NCBI GenBank assembly: GCA_038496445.1
Contig: JALMLS010000420.1
Location: 372,001 to 436,000 of the forward strand
Direction of reading: 5' to 3'
DNA: 64,000 nt
Source: Trichosphaerium sp. ATCC 40318
Lineage: Eukaryota; Protista; Tubulinea
Of this stretch, positions 37,418 to 50,000 are shown piece by piece. Position numbers and translations under genes: made by a program. A model generated the notes under the pieces. The model had not been told where the DNA came from and did not search any database. It was given only the letters and a program-made list of their open reading frames with translations. Position 1 is the first letter of the stretch. Each line of letters starts with the position of its first letter.

Positions 37418-38216
37418 TTATATTTTTGACTTTTGTATCTTTTCTGTAAACGCCACATTTTTCTCGAGTTCTGGCGTATCCTTGTTCCCTTTTATTCTTT
37501 CTAAAATCAAAGGTAATATGGTCTCCGGCGTTGGTCTACCGTAAGGTGCTAGAAGGCTTTATTAATTCTTGGATTCTTTACAATGAAAGGTGAAATTCGT
37601 ACTATCTCTGTCAACTCTCCATTCATAGATGATTGCACCTGTATGAGATATAGCGAATACAGCAGGCTGTGAGTAACAAGAATAAGTTAGTCACATTGGG
37701 ATTAGTGCGCAGCAACATAGATCTTCTAAACACGTACTTGTGTGATAATACCATCTTTATGTGTGACATGAAATTTCGATGTAGTCTTCAAAATGTCAAG
37801 GCTTGGCGTTTTCAAAATCCCAAAAGTGTCTGCGTAGGTTTTGTCGTAGTCACACTTTATTTCAACATGTGGTAAATCATCAGAAACATCAGTATTCCAT
37901 TCTTTATTGATCTAAGAGAAAAAAAGGTCACTAAACATTTTTGACGCTTTGATTTTACTGTTTTACGCACTCCTTCAATGGTATCATTGTCTTGAGCTGT
38001 AAAGCAAAAGATATTACCGCCAGACTCTCGTATTGTTTTGGCAACTTTACGAAACTGTTGGTGGTAACGTTTACCTACACGTGGGCTTTGGTTAAGAGTC
38101 GCTTGTACAAAATAAAGGTTTTAATTACATGGTGGTCACCAAGAGCCACGAAAGAAGTTTAATATGATGAAAGTGTTGTTTCCAATAAGTTCTTTAATGT
38201 GTGGCGAAGATTCCAT
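37418..38216 (-). CDS. AhpC/TSA (peroxiredoxin-like, thioredoxin fold) selenoprotein with UxxC motif
   Basis: MESSPHIKELIGNNTFIILNFFRGSW-TGA-PPC (Cys codon split by intron 38075-38128), then KRYHQQF...GGNIFCFTAQ...QPAVFAISHTGAIIYEW...GRPTPETIL. Stop TAA at 37418. SECIS downstream. Confidence 0.85.
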
Positions 38217-38565
38217 TGTGTGACGTGCTATGACGCTTCAAAAATCTTCAACACGTTTCTTGTCATGCTTTTAACGCTTGGGTAAACAATTCGAACAGGC
38301 TGAACGTCTATTTGTTGTGTCGAGGTTGCCACTGCGTAACAAAGGTTAACATGTTTTTTGGGTGAAGTTTTGTTGCAACAACGTAGTTATCTTTTTTTTG
38401 GGAATGTTAGAATAAATGGCTGTTCATTGTGTAGTAACTTGTAGTAGACAATACCACATGATAAAGGGAACTCTATTTCTGTTGCAGACTAGCTATGTTA
38501 AGTTGTGTTAAGGTTCATAAAATCTTTTATCGGCAATTCATGCGTTAGCTCATCACCGCATATCA

Positions 38566-39930
38566 ATGGCCAGGTACCATCAAACAAGCGATTGGTGTAA
38601 TATAAATGATTAAATTATTTGCGTTTTAGCAATTCTGTGTCAACCACCAATATATGTGATATTCCCACGTGCTTCCTTCTACTGCTACCATTAGAAATTC
38701 AACATAAAATATTAAATCTCAACGGCAATACTTTCATTAAATGGCCTCTGCTCAACTACCAGACGGCTGTAACGTCCAGGTTCTCTTCCGATCTTGAAAA
38801 ACATGGCCTTTTTAAGAAATATAACAAAGTTTGGCGTGTTGTACGATTACAATACTTTGAAAATGGTAAAAAACATGGAGAGTTTAAAGTTTGGACTCGT
38901 CTTGGTAAGGCTTTATTGAAATGCGGTTTTTATCGTAATGATATGCTTAATGGTCCATTACGCACGTGGCATTATTTAGGTCACGTGACAAAAGAATGTT
39001 CATTTATTGAAGGAAAGCTTCACGGAGAATACAAGACATGGTAAGCGTCAAAACTTTTTTTACTTTTCTATTCGTTGATGCTTATGTTTCTTTTGGTACC
39101 CTAACGGTCAGATACACTCTCAAAGGTTATTCAATAGAGGTAAATTATATGGCGTAGGTCGTGTTTGGTATCGTACTGGGCAACCTTGGACGCTTGTGGG
39201 GTATAAAGACAATGAATATAATGGTGAATATAAACGATGGCATGTCAATGGACAGATAGCTTCTGCTTCGACATATGTTATGGGAAAGAGACATGGCTTA
39301 TCACAAGCATGGTATACAAATGGTCAGTTAGCATCTATGTGTTATTTAGATAAAGGAATGATGCAAGGAGAAAAAAAAACGTGGTACATGGAAGGTCAAG
39401 TTAAATCGATTGGAAACTACAAGAACGGAAAAAAACATGGCGAACACAAGGTACGTTTGCTAGCCGTTTTATAGAACAAAGCTTCGCGAAAAACACTTTG
39501 ATTCAAATAAAGCGATATCGTTGGCTTGATACCCACTTGTCAACTGGAACAAGCCATCCTTTTAAAGGCTTGTCAAAGCAAAAACTTTAATTTGTTTTCT
39601 TTTTGAAAAAACATTTTTAAATGTTTATGGTAGGTTTGGTACCCAAGTGGACAGGTGAGAAAATGTGCGATGTATAATGAAGGCTCTGTTAATGGAGAAT
39701 ATGCTTCATGGTATAGGGATGGACGAAGACAAGTACAGACATATTTTATTAAAAGCAAACAAAATGGTATTTATCAAAGTTGGTTCTTTAATGGTCAAGA
39801 AAGAGAACGTTGTTGGTACAAGGATGGTTTAAAAGATGGAGAATATACACGTTGGCGTGTCAGCGGTGCTATAGAGACTCAAATAGTATACAAATCTGGC
39901 AAAGAAGGTAATACAGAGTACAAGAAGTAA
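38566..39930 (+). CDS. MORN-variant repeat protein with F-box-like N-terminal motif
   Basis: LLPLEIQHKIL followed by many repeats of the type Y-x-N-G-K-K-H-G-E-Y-K-x-W-Y-x-N-G-Q. One intron lacks a canonical AG acceptor. Confidence 0.8.
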
Positions 39931-40333
39931 TAAACAAGTTGTGACGCGTTGTGTACAACAACTTCGATAGATTTGAACAAACAATTATTTGCTTACATAG
40001 AACTCAGGCTTGTCGTCTAACATTATCGTGAAACGTCCCCAACATACTCTAAATAGAGTGTATGTACGTGTTATAGCAGTGGTTCACACCACGACACATT
40101 CAGTCTTATTCCCGTCTTACAGTGTTGTTTCTGTACTATAGCCAAAAAGCGTCTACCTCGCTACTTTCAAAGTGTTTCTATGTCCTGAGGTGCTTGGTAA
40201 GTGTCACGCTAAATTCAGCATATGCAAATCTAGTCTAAAAAGGCAGCAATTTTGAGACTGTCATAGGAAAATCGTTTAGTTCAATGAAATAGTGTTCAAT
40301 TTCTTTTTTTGGTTTAAACGACAACATCAAATA

Positions 40334-40909
40334 ATGCTGTGCAACTTAGCTCTAAAACATTGTAAACCTTCCACACGAACACTCCGTACTACCCTGGTAC
40401 GGTGCTATTCAGAAGAGAACAAGGGTGGGAAAAAGGAGGAAGATGTCGTTGAAAAAGGGCTAAAACTCACGTTTGCCACTCCCAAGAGTACTATTGTAAG
40501 TGAAAAATACAAAATAAAAAAAGACGGCAAAGAGAAAGAGATTATTGTCCTATACGATAATCGTGAGGTCAAAAGAGTTAGTATACCTGGTCGTAGTGGT
40601 GTTCTTGGTATTCTAGATAAACATGCACCTATTATAGAGCCACTGGTACCTGGTCTTGTTAAAGTACTAGAGAAGGATGGCTCTGAAAAGAGGTTTTTGA
40701 TATCTGGTGGTTATGCAGTTGTTCACAAGGACTCCTCGCTCACAATTAGCGTTGGAGGAGAATCTCTTGAAGATTTTGATAGAGATAGGGCAGCAGTATT
40801 GCTATCTCAGTACCAAGACGCTGCAACGAGGGCCAGCACTGATGAGGAAAAGGCAATATCAGGCGATCAGGTTAAGACATTGCAAGCACTGCTAGCAGCC
40901 TTGAATTGA
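40334..40909 (+). CDS. ATP5F1D: Mitochondrial F1 ATP synthase delta subunit
   Basis: Basic/hydroxylated presequence, then LKLTFATP...VKRVSIPGRSGVLGILDKHAPIIEPLVPGLV...FLISGGYAVV, and a C-terminal helical hairpin. Confidence 0.9.
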   Translation: MLCNLALKHCKPSTRTLRTTLVRCYSEENKGGKKEEDVVEKGLKLTFATPKSTIVSEKYKIKKDGKEKEIIVLYDNREVKRVSIPGRSGVLGILDKHAPIIEPLVPGLVKVLEKDGSEKRFLISGGYAVVHKDSSLTISVGGESLEDFDRDRAAVLLSQYQDAATRASTDEEKAISGDQVKTLQALLAALN

Positions 40910-41304
40910 GCTATTCATTTATTCTCATTCCAAGGTATGCATATTAAATTCATAACCCTCCATCTGGCATCCTGGGTGTTCTTATTTTTAAACGAATGTA
41001 ACAATAAATCACTTTCAATATACTCTTATTCATTTTAAACAAATGCCCCTAATTACCGAGTCATTTTCGTGCTGTCAAACTGAATGTGGAGTTTATGGAC
41101 ACGAACCAATCTAAGGATAAGTCTGGGGTCGACATTTTCTACCTCAAGTTGGTTCAGAATTAACGACTGTTCAAGTTGATGTGATTCCTCGGCGAACACT
41201 AGTTTCGAGTTTACTCGTCGCTGTTCTCTAGGTCTGTAATTCTGTGCTGTTCATTCTTAAGTCTATAACTTTAAGCACTTGTCATTACAAGGCGAGAGTT
41301 ACTC

Positions 41305-43258
41305 ATGATCATTGTTCTTGTTATAGTAGCTTTGATATTAAGTGTTTTATTTGGCGTATACTACGCACAGTGGGTTAAAAGAATAACACAAGCGAATATA
41401 GCAGATTGTACAGTGTACATCCACATAAAACACTGTTTTTATTCTTCTAGGGTCTCAAATAGCAAACTTGAAGGTAATTAGACAACTGACTCCTTTTGAG
41501 TCGTTGTATATTATTCTACACGAGGTACAAGAACGTGTTTTTTATGTGGAACGTAGCTAGTGTTCGAATTAAAACGTTTTCTGATTATTTTAGTTCGCAG
41601 CATCAAATAAACTATGTTCTGCTACAAGCTTCTCTGTTGACGCTTCAGTAAGTGATATACGAAAGGCGGTGCTTAAATTACAACAACGACACCAAAAACT
41701 CAGGTTCCTAAAAATGATCACGTGATGTATGTCGTTTCATATTTTCTTAGGTTTGGTGTTCATAGACAGAATGGCAACTTCTTTTATCATGAATATGAGA
41801 ATGCAGACCGCCTTGTTCGTTTTGATGCTCTACAACGAATCAATGATGATCAATACTATGATGTGCGTAGAAAACTTGTGGTTGAACTTTAATCTCAACA
41901 ACTTCTGTTGAGGTGTGGGATGAGAGTATGAACAGTTTTGATAGTCCGATTGGTTTTGACAAGTTACTTTGGAGTATTAAATTGGTTCATAACCCTGAAC
42001 CTGGAAAGCAAAAGCATGAAATTATAATGAATATATTCCATTTTTTAGTAGATGGAACAGGTCTTACAACCCTGACCAAAGACCTCCTTGAATTCATAGA
42101 CAATCCTGATAAGCGTTAGTTATTATTACCTTTAAGATTTCTCACTAACACCCTAAGCCGTTGAGCAACTACTTGAGCACCCACCCATGAATACTGTTTT
42201 GAACGACGCTAAATTTAAAGCAGTTAGAGATTTCATTCCTTCGTACTTCTTGTGGGTTCCATTATGGTGAGTTCAATGTGCGTGCCAACCAAGGTCTTAT
42301 TTTGCTAGGTTTTTATCTCTTTGCCTTTTAATGCAAACTGATGAAGGCCATCACCTTCCTAGAGATAGCGAAGCAAAAATCAAATACAGAAAGGATAGAA
42401 TATTTGGTTTAACGTTAGCTCTAATCCAAACTAAATGACAATTTGACTTACTAAAACGTTTAGGATAAAAAAAACAGATTTTGACAAGTTTGTAGCTAAA
42501 TGCAAAGAAAAGGGAATGACAGTAAATTCAGGACTGTGTGGGGTTCTTTTTGAAACACTACAAGAAGAACTTGATCTTAAAGATGGTTTTAAGCTATCTC
42601 TAGATATACCTGCTAGTTGTAGAAAGCTCTTAAATATACCAAAGACAGCTCTTGGACCTTATATTGCATACTACAATCCTTTCTTTGTGATAAAAAAAGG
42701 CAACACTTGTTGGGACTATGGAGACCAGGTATGAGTAGAAATAAGATAAAAAAGGTTTAATATGCTTTAGATTGGAGCATCTAATAACCAAAATATACCG
42801 AACAAAAGTATTCCTTACTGGTACATGACACTTGGAGTTGCAGATTTGTTTAACATCAGTACACAACCTTTTTTCCTTATTTTTTCTCATTGTTATCTTA
42901 CCGTTCAGTTGGATACCCTATCGCCCGGATAATGCTAAATGAGAACTCTGGTAGATCTCCACACACTCTACTGTCTAATTTAGGTATTTTTTGTACTGAC
43001 AAAACGTTTGGAAAGAATCTTGAACTCAACGAATACTACTTTGGTTCTAGTAAGCAGTTTAGTCTCTTGTGCTTATATTGTTTACTTTGAGATAAAGGTA
43101 GAAGAGGTACTGGCGAGGTATTCCAGATGTTTGTTGTAACATGGGGAGGAGACTTATATGTTACATCACAATGGGTGGAACCATTTATGAGCGCTAGTAC
43201 AGCTAAGACAATTGCAACAAAATTTGGCTCTAAAGTTCGAACAGTAAACAAAGAATAG
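41305..43258 (+). CDS. Membrane-anchored CoA-dependent acyltransferase (condensation / alcohol acetyltransferase fold)
   Basis: N-terminal TM MIIVLVIVALILSVLFGVYY, then IRQLTPFE, LQQRHQKL, catalytic HFLVDG (HxxxDG), KCKEKGMTVNS, PASCR, LLSNLG. Confidence 0.78.
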
Positions 43259-43280
43259 GGCAAACTTCGCTTGTACGTAA

Positions 43281-43823
43281 TCAAACTGTATGTAATACAT
43301 ACCATGACTGTGGTTTTTGATACTTCACAATGGACTTAAATTTTTGGCTAAACGGAGAAAGTTTTTCATTCCTCTTTTTTCCAGAGCCTTTTGGTGAAAG
43401 TACCAAACTATGAGTAGGTACTAGTTGCAAGCGTTGCTTGTTAATATGGACGATTAGTGTTATGACACGGTATTGTAGTGATTGTCGGGAAGTCTTAATG
43501 ATTCTATTTTTTGCTTTTGTCACCTTGATACGTTCTATCAAACTAACTCCAAGCTCTTTCAAAACATCTTGAGCAATTTCATTAGTTTTAATACCAAGCT
43601 CATCTATCAATGATACAAGCTCTTGTGCTCTGTCAGTTGCAATCCAGTACTAACATCAGTTTCAACACGCTCAATTTGTATGGATGTTGTTGATCACCTA
43701 ACATGACGGTTGAGCGATGCCCATTTGAATGCATGAAGCTTTGCTAAATACAACTACTTAAAATATACTAAACTGAAAAATACATAGTTGTATCACTAAC
43801 CGAAGCATAGGGCTTATATCCAT
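43281..43823 (-). CDS. Possible small SAM-like domain protein (model uncertain)
   Basis: LIDELGIKTNEIAQDVLKELGVSLIERIKVTKA resembles a SAM helix pattern. Exon structure is not resolved. Confidence 0.3.
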
Positions 43824-43974
43824 GAATTCTCACTTGATATTCTATTGGTGTCATGTGGTGAAAAACGTTTGGCTAAAAAACTCGTAAAAAGGTAATTACT
43901 TTTCACACTTAAAACGAGGCTGGTTTAACCCGTTTTAGTAAAAAAGCAGTCTTTAGTTTTCCTATTGTTTGCGT

Positions 43975-46604
43975 ATGGCACAACACCACACCAGGCTTAT
44001 ATTTATTGTTACGGCTCTTATATTTGTACGGTTTTTTCCAACAGGTGTACACTCAAAAAAGACTACGCCACGGTTCAAAATCATAGTAAAGCACGTGTCA
44101 TATTATTTTTGCGAAGAACAAGTTAAATTTGAGAACATTCAGAATCGGTAGCTAAAATTCTGTCCTCACTTTTTAGGTGATCATAGCGCAGGCGCCTCCA
44201 ACAACACCTTCAGGTACCATAAACTATAACAAAGCGCTGAATTTTTTTTTACAGCTCCAACGCCGGCACCTACGCCACCACCAACAACCTCACCTGTAGT
44301 AAGTTTCACATGCCACGTTTCACCACAGGGATTGTCAACTGTACGTACTTGTAATCGGTTTTTTGCAAATGTGCTAACCATGATTTCAACAGAACAATGG
44401 TACCCTTGCCTCCCCATTTTTCAACATCAGTGATTGTTTCAACTCTCGACCAAGCTCTAGTGCTGTGCAACAAGCAATTATCATCGCTTCTGGTACGTTT
44501 TTAAACTAGGTTTTTTCACTTGTTTCGTGTAAATGCATGAACGAACGAAGTTCTTTTTAGGCGGTGTGTACAACTACAACACTAAACAAAAGTCTGCGAT
44601 TTTACATCTCAACATTACAAGTATCACAATAAAATCTGTTGAAGAAAATGAGAGCAAACCTATGTTCCGCGGAACGAACGGATTGGTACACCATTACACT
44701 TGTATTCTTTCAAATCCTCCACTTTTTTTTTCCATGCTTATTTATTTACAGTACCTTGAATTTGACACTCCTACCACGTGCATCTTCAGCGATATTGATG
44801 CCTACCCCTTCACATTATATGCTAACGTGCTACATAATTACGGCGACATAATTAGAATACAAAATAGTACCTTGCGTCAAGGTATATTCAAACCAAAACA
44901 AAAATGTAATCCTGAATTTATCTTTCTAGTGCTTGTTGACTTTTGGTTCATCAACTCATTCATAGTTAAAGAATCCACACTAGATAACGTCGCTTCTGTA
45001 TCAAAAATGTTTATAAGGGAGATACTAATGGAAAACTCTAATATCTCCAACTTCCTGCTACGTACGAATTGCATTGAAGGAAAATATCACGTGACTTCTA
45101 GTTGTTACTGAAAGCTAACGTTTCTATCTAAAGATGCTGACCTTCAACTATGTGATTTATTCAGCATGTACAATGTAATCGCTACAAAGGTAGATTTTAG
45201 GCAACAATGTGATACTGGTATAGTCTTTCTTCGTTTTTTTCGCTTTATGACTTTCTTACCAACTAATTTAGTTTCTGTAAGGAAAAGCACGTTTATAGAA
45301 TCAAGCTTAGCTATTACTCAATCATACACTGTTATGATCGAGCATTCTTCTTTTAGTGACTACATTGGTGCACCGGATTTTGTACGTCCACAAAACAAAA
45401 TACAAGTTCAACTCTCTTTTTGATGTTTATTTACCTTTCACACTCTAATTCTTCGAAGCCTGTCTTGAGTTTAGCACAAGTAAATTTACCAGGAACTTAC
45501 TACGATATTTCTATCTTAAACTCAACATTCACCAGTAATGGGTACGCTAAAACTTGTTTGATTTGACTCAAAGACTTTCAAAAAAATTCTTGTGTGATGT
45601 GTTTAACTTCTCTGTAGTGTCAATTTCGACCTACCCCCATCTTATACTTCTTATTATTCAACAATATTGCTTGGTTCATCTTTCTTTGAACAAGGAACCA
45701 ATAGTTCAATCAGTATCTCTGGGTGTACTTTTATAAACAACACAGCTGTTAAAAAGAACTCAACAATATTTGCTCCTCCTCTCGGTACAACCCCAATGTA
45801 TAGGATAGTAGAATGGCCTCTGAATAGCACACTTGACTTTGTTGTTGAACCGAAAAACCCAAGTAAGATCAACCTCTGGTTGTCTCTTGTTTAACTTATC
45901 ATTTTTCATAGCTTGTTTCCCTGGATCAGACACTTTGTCGAAGAATGACACTTGTGTTCTATGTGACTTTGGACAGTACTCACCAAAAGGTGGATTATGC
46001 CAGCCTTGCGCCATTGGTCATATTGCGAAACTACAGGGTCAAGATAAATGTGAACCTTGTCGCCCAGGATTATTCCAAAACGAAACGTACACCTCTGCTA
46101 GAAACAGTATTTTTTCAACATTTAGCTGATTTTTATATCTAGTGGGCAAAGTAAGTGCAACCCTTGTGGTAAATGGTCTATTGCCCCAGGTATTGGTAGT
46201 ATAAATTGCACATTATGTGAGCCTGGATATCACTCAAACGATAATTTGAAATGTAAACCATGTGAGGCAGGTAAGTCTTTGAGTTGGAAGTAAATGTTAA
46301 CAAGTTCTTTGTAAGGCAAGTACCAAACACCTCATGATTCTGACAGTCTCCTCGGCTGTAGTTCTTGTAAGTGGTTTGAAGGATCAAAGGAAGGTTCTAT
46401 AAAGTGTAGCTGTACGTTGTTGATGGCTCCTTTTTTAACACCTTGCTTATTTTTTTGTTGTTTACAGTTGGAAGCATAATTATCTATGGTGTTATTGGTG
46501 CTGGTGGAGCTTTAGTTTTATTAATTATTATTGCTATTGTAATCTGTGTTTGTTGCTGCAAGAAAAAGAGAAATGATGGATACGAACCAGTGAATTATTC
46601 GTAG
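43975..46604 (+). CDS. Type I membrane protein with beta-helix-like ectodomain and ephrin-receptor-like (GCC2/GCC3) Cys-rich repeats
   Basis: SISGCTFINNTA-type repeats. C-x-x-C-x-x-G repeats CVLCDFGQY, CQPCAIG, CEPCRPG, CTLCEPGY, CKPCEAG. TM followed by tail KKKRNDGYEPVNYS*. Confidence 0.75.
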
Positions 46605-47039
46605 GGATGACGGAATCAACTACAAAAAGAAAATAAAGGCTTGCCTTTGTCTTGTTAGAAAACTGACATTTGTTGCAAAGTCACTTTGATTCAAGCTTGA
46701 TAATACATCAGCCAGTTGTTACGCTCACGGCTTACCCGAAAAGCCATCCTGAAATTAAGGGATTCAGTTAACTAGCAAAAGTAGTTAGTAAGTCACGTGC
46801 AAATGATACAACATCACGCAGCGTTTCTATTTTTCGCCATAGCACTTACGCATGTATGGTTTTCTCCTTCCATTTAGCTTTCAAAACGTAGTAAGCTCGG
46901 TACACGCCTCAATATCATGTGAGGTTATAAATAGCAAGATGTCTAAACCTTAAATGGCTCTTTATTATTACTACAAAAAAACAACAAAGTGTTTTTTTTT
47001 CAATTTAATTCTTTGACTCTTGAAGTATTTAATGCGAAT

Positions 47040-50000
47040 TTACTGTCCTGCTTTTGCCTTCATCTTTGCCAATAACTTAGTTACACAAGATTGGCAAAAT
47101 GGACGCCCTTTTACATCACGTGTATCCGACTTTGGAAGCTGAATCTTACAAAGACTGCAAGAAACAGTTTCAACTGGTGTAGGAGTATACAAAGCGACAG
47201 GAGGTTCAGGTTGAGCATAAGCTGGTGGAGGAGTTGCATATGCAGGTGGAGGAGGTGTTGGCGTGTAGATTGCTTGAGGTGCAACTGGTGGCGGAGCCCT
47301 AGGAGACATTTCTTCTGACACAATAGCGCCATCTTCAGGAACTGAAACAGCAACAGATGTTTGGTAGATACCTGTACCTGAACCACTAGCAACAACGCCA
47401 CTGCCTCCCTTCTTTTTCTTTACAACAACGAAAACAATTACTATAATCACTACAATGATTATAATAACAACAACAGCTGCTACAGCAGCGATCCATATTG
47501 GAAATCCGCCTACGAAGAAAAAATAAGGATTTGAGAAAATTTTTTTTTGTAATTTCTAACGTACCTGAAGATCCTTCTGATTCGTCGACAACAGTTTCCA
47601 CTTGTGATCCTGGTTCTGCTTCAGGGCTAGGGTTTAGACTACAGGAAGTCCAAGATGAGTCAATACTATCAGCAATAGCAGCGTTCAAAGTTGGATTTGG
47701 GTAATGAACACGACAAAGATCTGTTGCTGCTTGTTGTGGTGATATACCACTACCAGAAGGTTGGAACTCTAATGTTGCTTCAACAGTTGTTTGCTCAAAA
47801 TCACGTTTTCTGCTTGTTGTTGTCACTTGGAATCGAGATTTATCTATTTGAAGTGACGCAGCAAGTGCATCAGACAGAGCGTCTGTGTCCATTGACGATC
47901 CGGAGTTTAGTTCAAACTCAACAAATGCGCTTTCAGCTAAAAGTAACATGAGTAAATGACGGAAGACTAACAGAAACAAGGAAAAAAACAAGAAAAAGGT
48001 ATCATCTCTTTGAATGGTACTACGTACTTGCTGCACATTGAAGTGTGTTTGCGAATACTGATGCAGCATATCCGTTTAAGGTCCATGTTGGTGCTTCATC
48101 AGTTTTGAAGTAGTCATAGTAGAAAACATAACTTGCTCGTCCTTCAGAAAAAGTGACAGGCAATCTTGTGAAAGAGAGCAAGTTGTTGTCTTCGCCAATT
48201 GGAATACTACATTCTCCAGTGATATTCATGCCTTCCCAACCAAAGTACATGCGGTATTTATCCCCAAGAAGTTCTGTACATTCGACTATAGGTTGTACAG
48301 TACGGAACTAGAGCATTACAAGTTAGGTCAAACCACCGATAAAGAAATGCTGTACCTCACACGCATCTCCTAGAGGAGCTGCCTCAGTTGGTGCAAGTGT
48401 CACGCCATCAAAGGGTGGTGGACTAGTTGGTGCTTCAGTCGTTGGAGGAGCAGTTGTTGGTGGAGGTGTAGGTATGGTACTATCAAATGGAGCCATTGTC
48501 GTTGGAGGCAATGTTGTTGGTGATAATGTTGTTGGTGGTAATGTTGTTGGAGGCAATGTGGTTGGCGGCAACGTTGTTGGTGGTGCTGTAGTAGGCGGCA
48601 ATGTTGTTGGAGGCAGTGTGGTTGGAGGCAATGTGGTTGGAGCAGCAGCAGTCGACGAAGTCTTAAAACTTGGTTAAATTGAAAACTTTTGAAGAAAGTA
48701 AATTGCTACTTACAATAACATTACTGATTTTACTGTTGCCCTCAGAGTTGCTAGCGTATATTCTATATTGGTATGATGTAGATGATGGCAATGAATTATC
48801 ATTAAAAGATAGCGAAGAAGAAGTTCCTACTTGAGTCCAGCTTCCTGAACTAGCAGGTTTTCGTTGAACTCTACATCAAACTTAGTTCTGCAACAGCAAC
48901 AAAATCAAACTCGATAACTTACACATAAGAGGTAACAGGAGCGCCGTTTGGATTCGGTTGAGTCCAACTTACACCGATAGATGTAGGAGAAACAGATTGA
49001 ACACTTAGTGTTGGTATACCAGGAGGTGCACGGAAGTCATTGTAAGAATGGTCGGCTAATGGTCTTTGAGGACATTTAATGTCATCTATTGTTAATGCTC
49101 CAATATTTGGCTGTAAAACAAATTCATTAACTCCAAAGAAATTTATGTTTGTTGTTTTGTTTCTGTTTTTTTGGACGTACGTTTCCTACTTGACTAATAG
49201 CATAGGCTGGTCTATTTACAAATTGCTCATCAAGCTTAGTTTCACAAGTGTTCTTGTTTTGGTTTCCACCACATCCTTTAAAAAACAAACCCATTAAAAC
49301 TTTGTCAAACGCAACAACAAAAAAAAATTTTCTGTCTGGACATGTACCACCAGCTGATGCATCACACTCAGTCTTGTTGAACTCTGCTAATAATTTTGCC
49401 ATTTCAGCACGTTGTGATGCTGTAGAGAAAACAGTTTGTGCCAAAAGTTTCTGAAAAAAAAGAGAAGAGAGGTTAGCACAAGAAAACTGGAATAGTAACA
49501 AAAATGTAAAAAAAAACCAAAGAATGACTTGTTTAAACATACCACACGCTTATTATACGTGTCACTATCATTGTCAATAATAAGTGATTTGATTCTTGCA
49601 TTTTTTTGCTTGATGGTATTACACTGTTGCCAAGCAGGCTTTGACTATAAAAATAACGTCAAAAAAGTATAGGTTCACAACTTTTGTTGGAAGTGATGAC
49701 GTACACTCTCACAGTACAATCTATCAGCGTCCCAAGGAAAACGAGACCATTTTCCATCAAGTGGCTTGTAAAAGAATTGATTATGGAAAACATCATCCCA
49801 AGCACCAGCAATATTAATTGCAGCGGCATCAGCTAAGAAAAAAATCAGAAAATAATCAAAAAAAAAAAGAATATAAACACCAAAAGCAGTTAAAAAAACG
49901 GCTGTTCCTCAGTAATAAATAAATAAACAAACCATAAACGTACAGTGAGCGAGGTTAGTATCAATATTAGCTGAAATATACGCTTCTTCATCAAAAGAAG

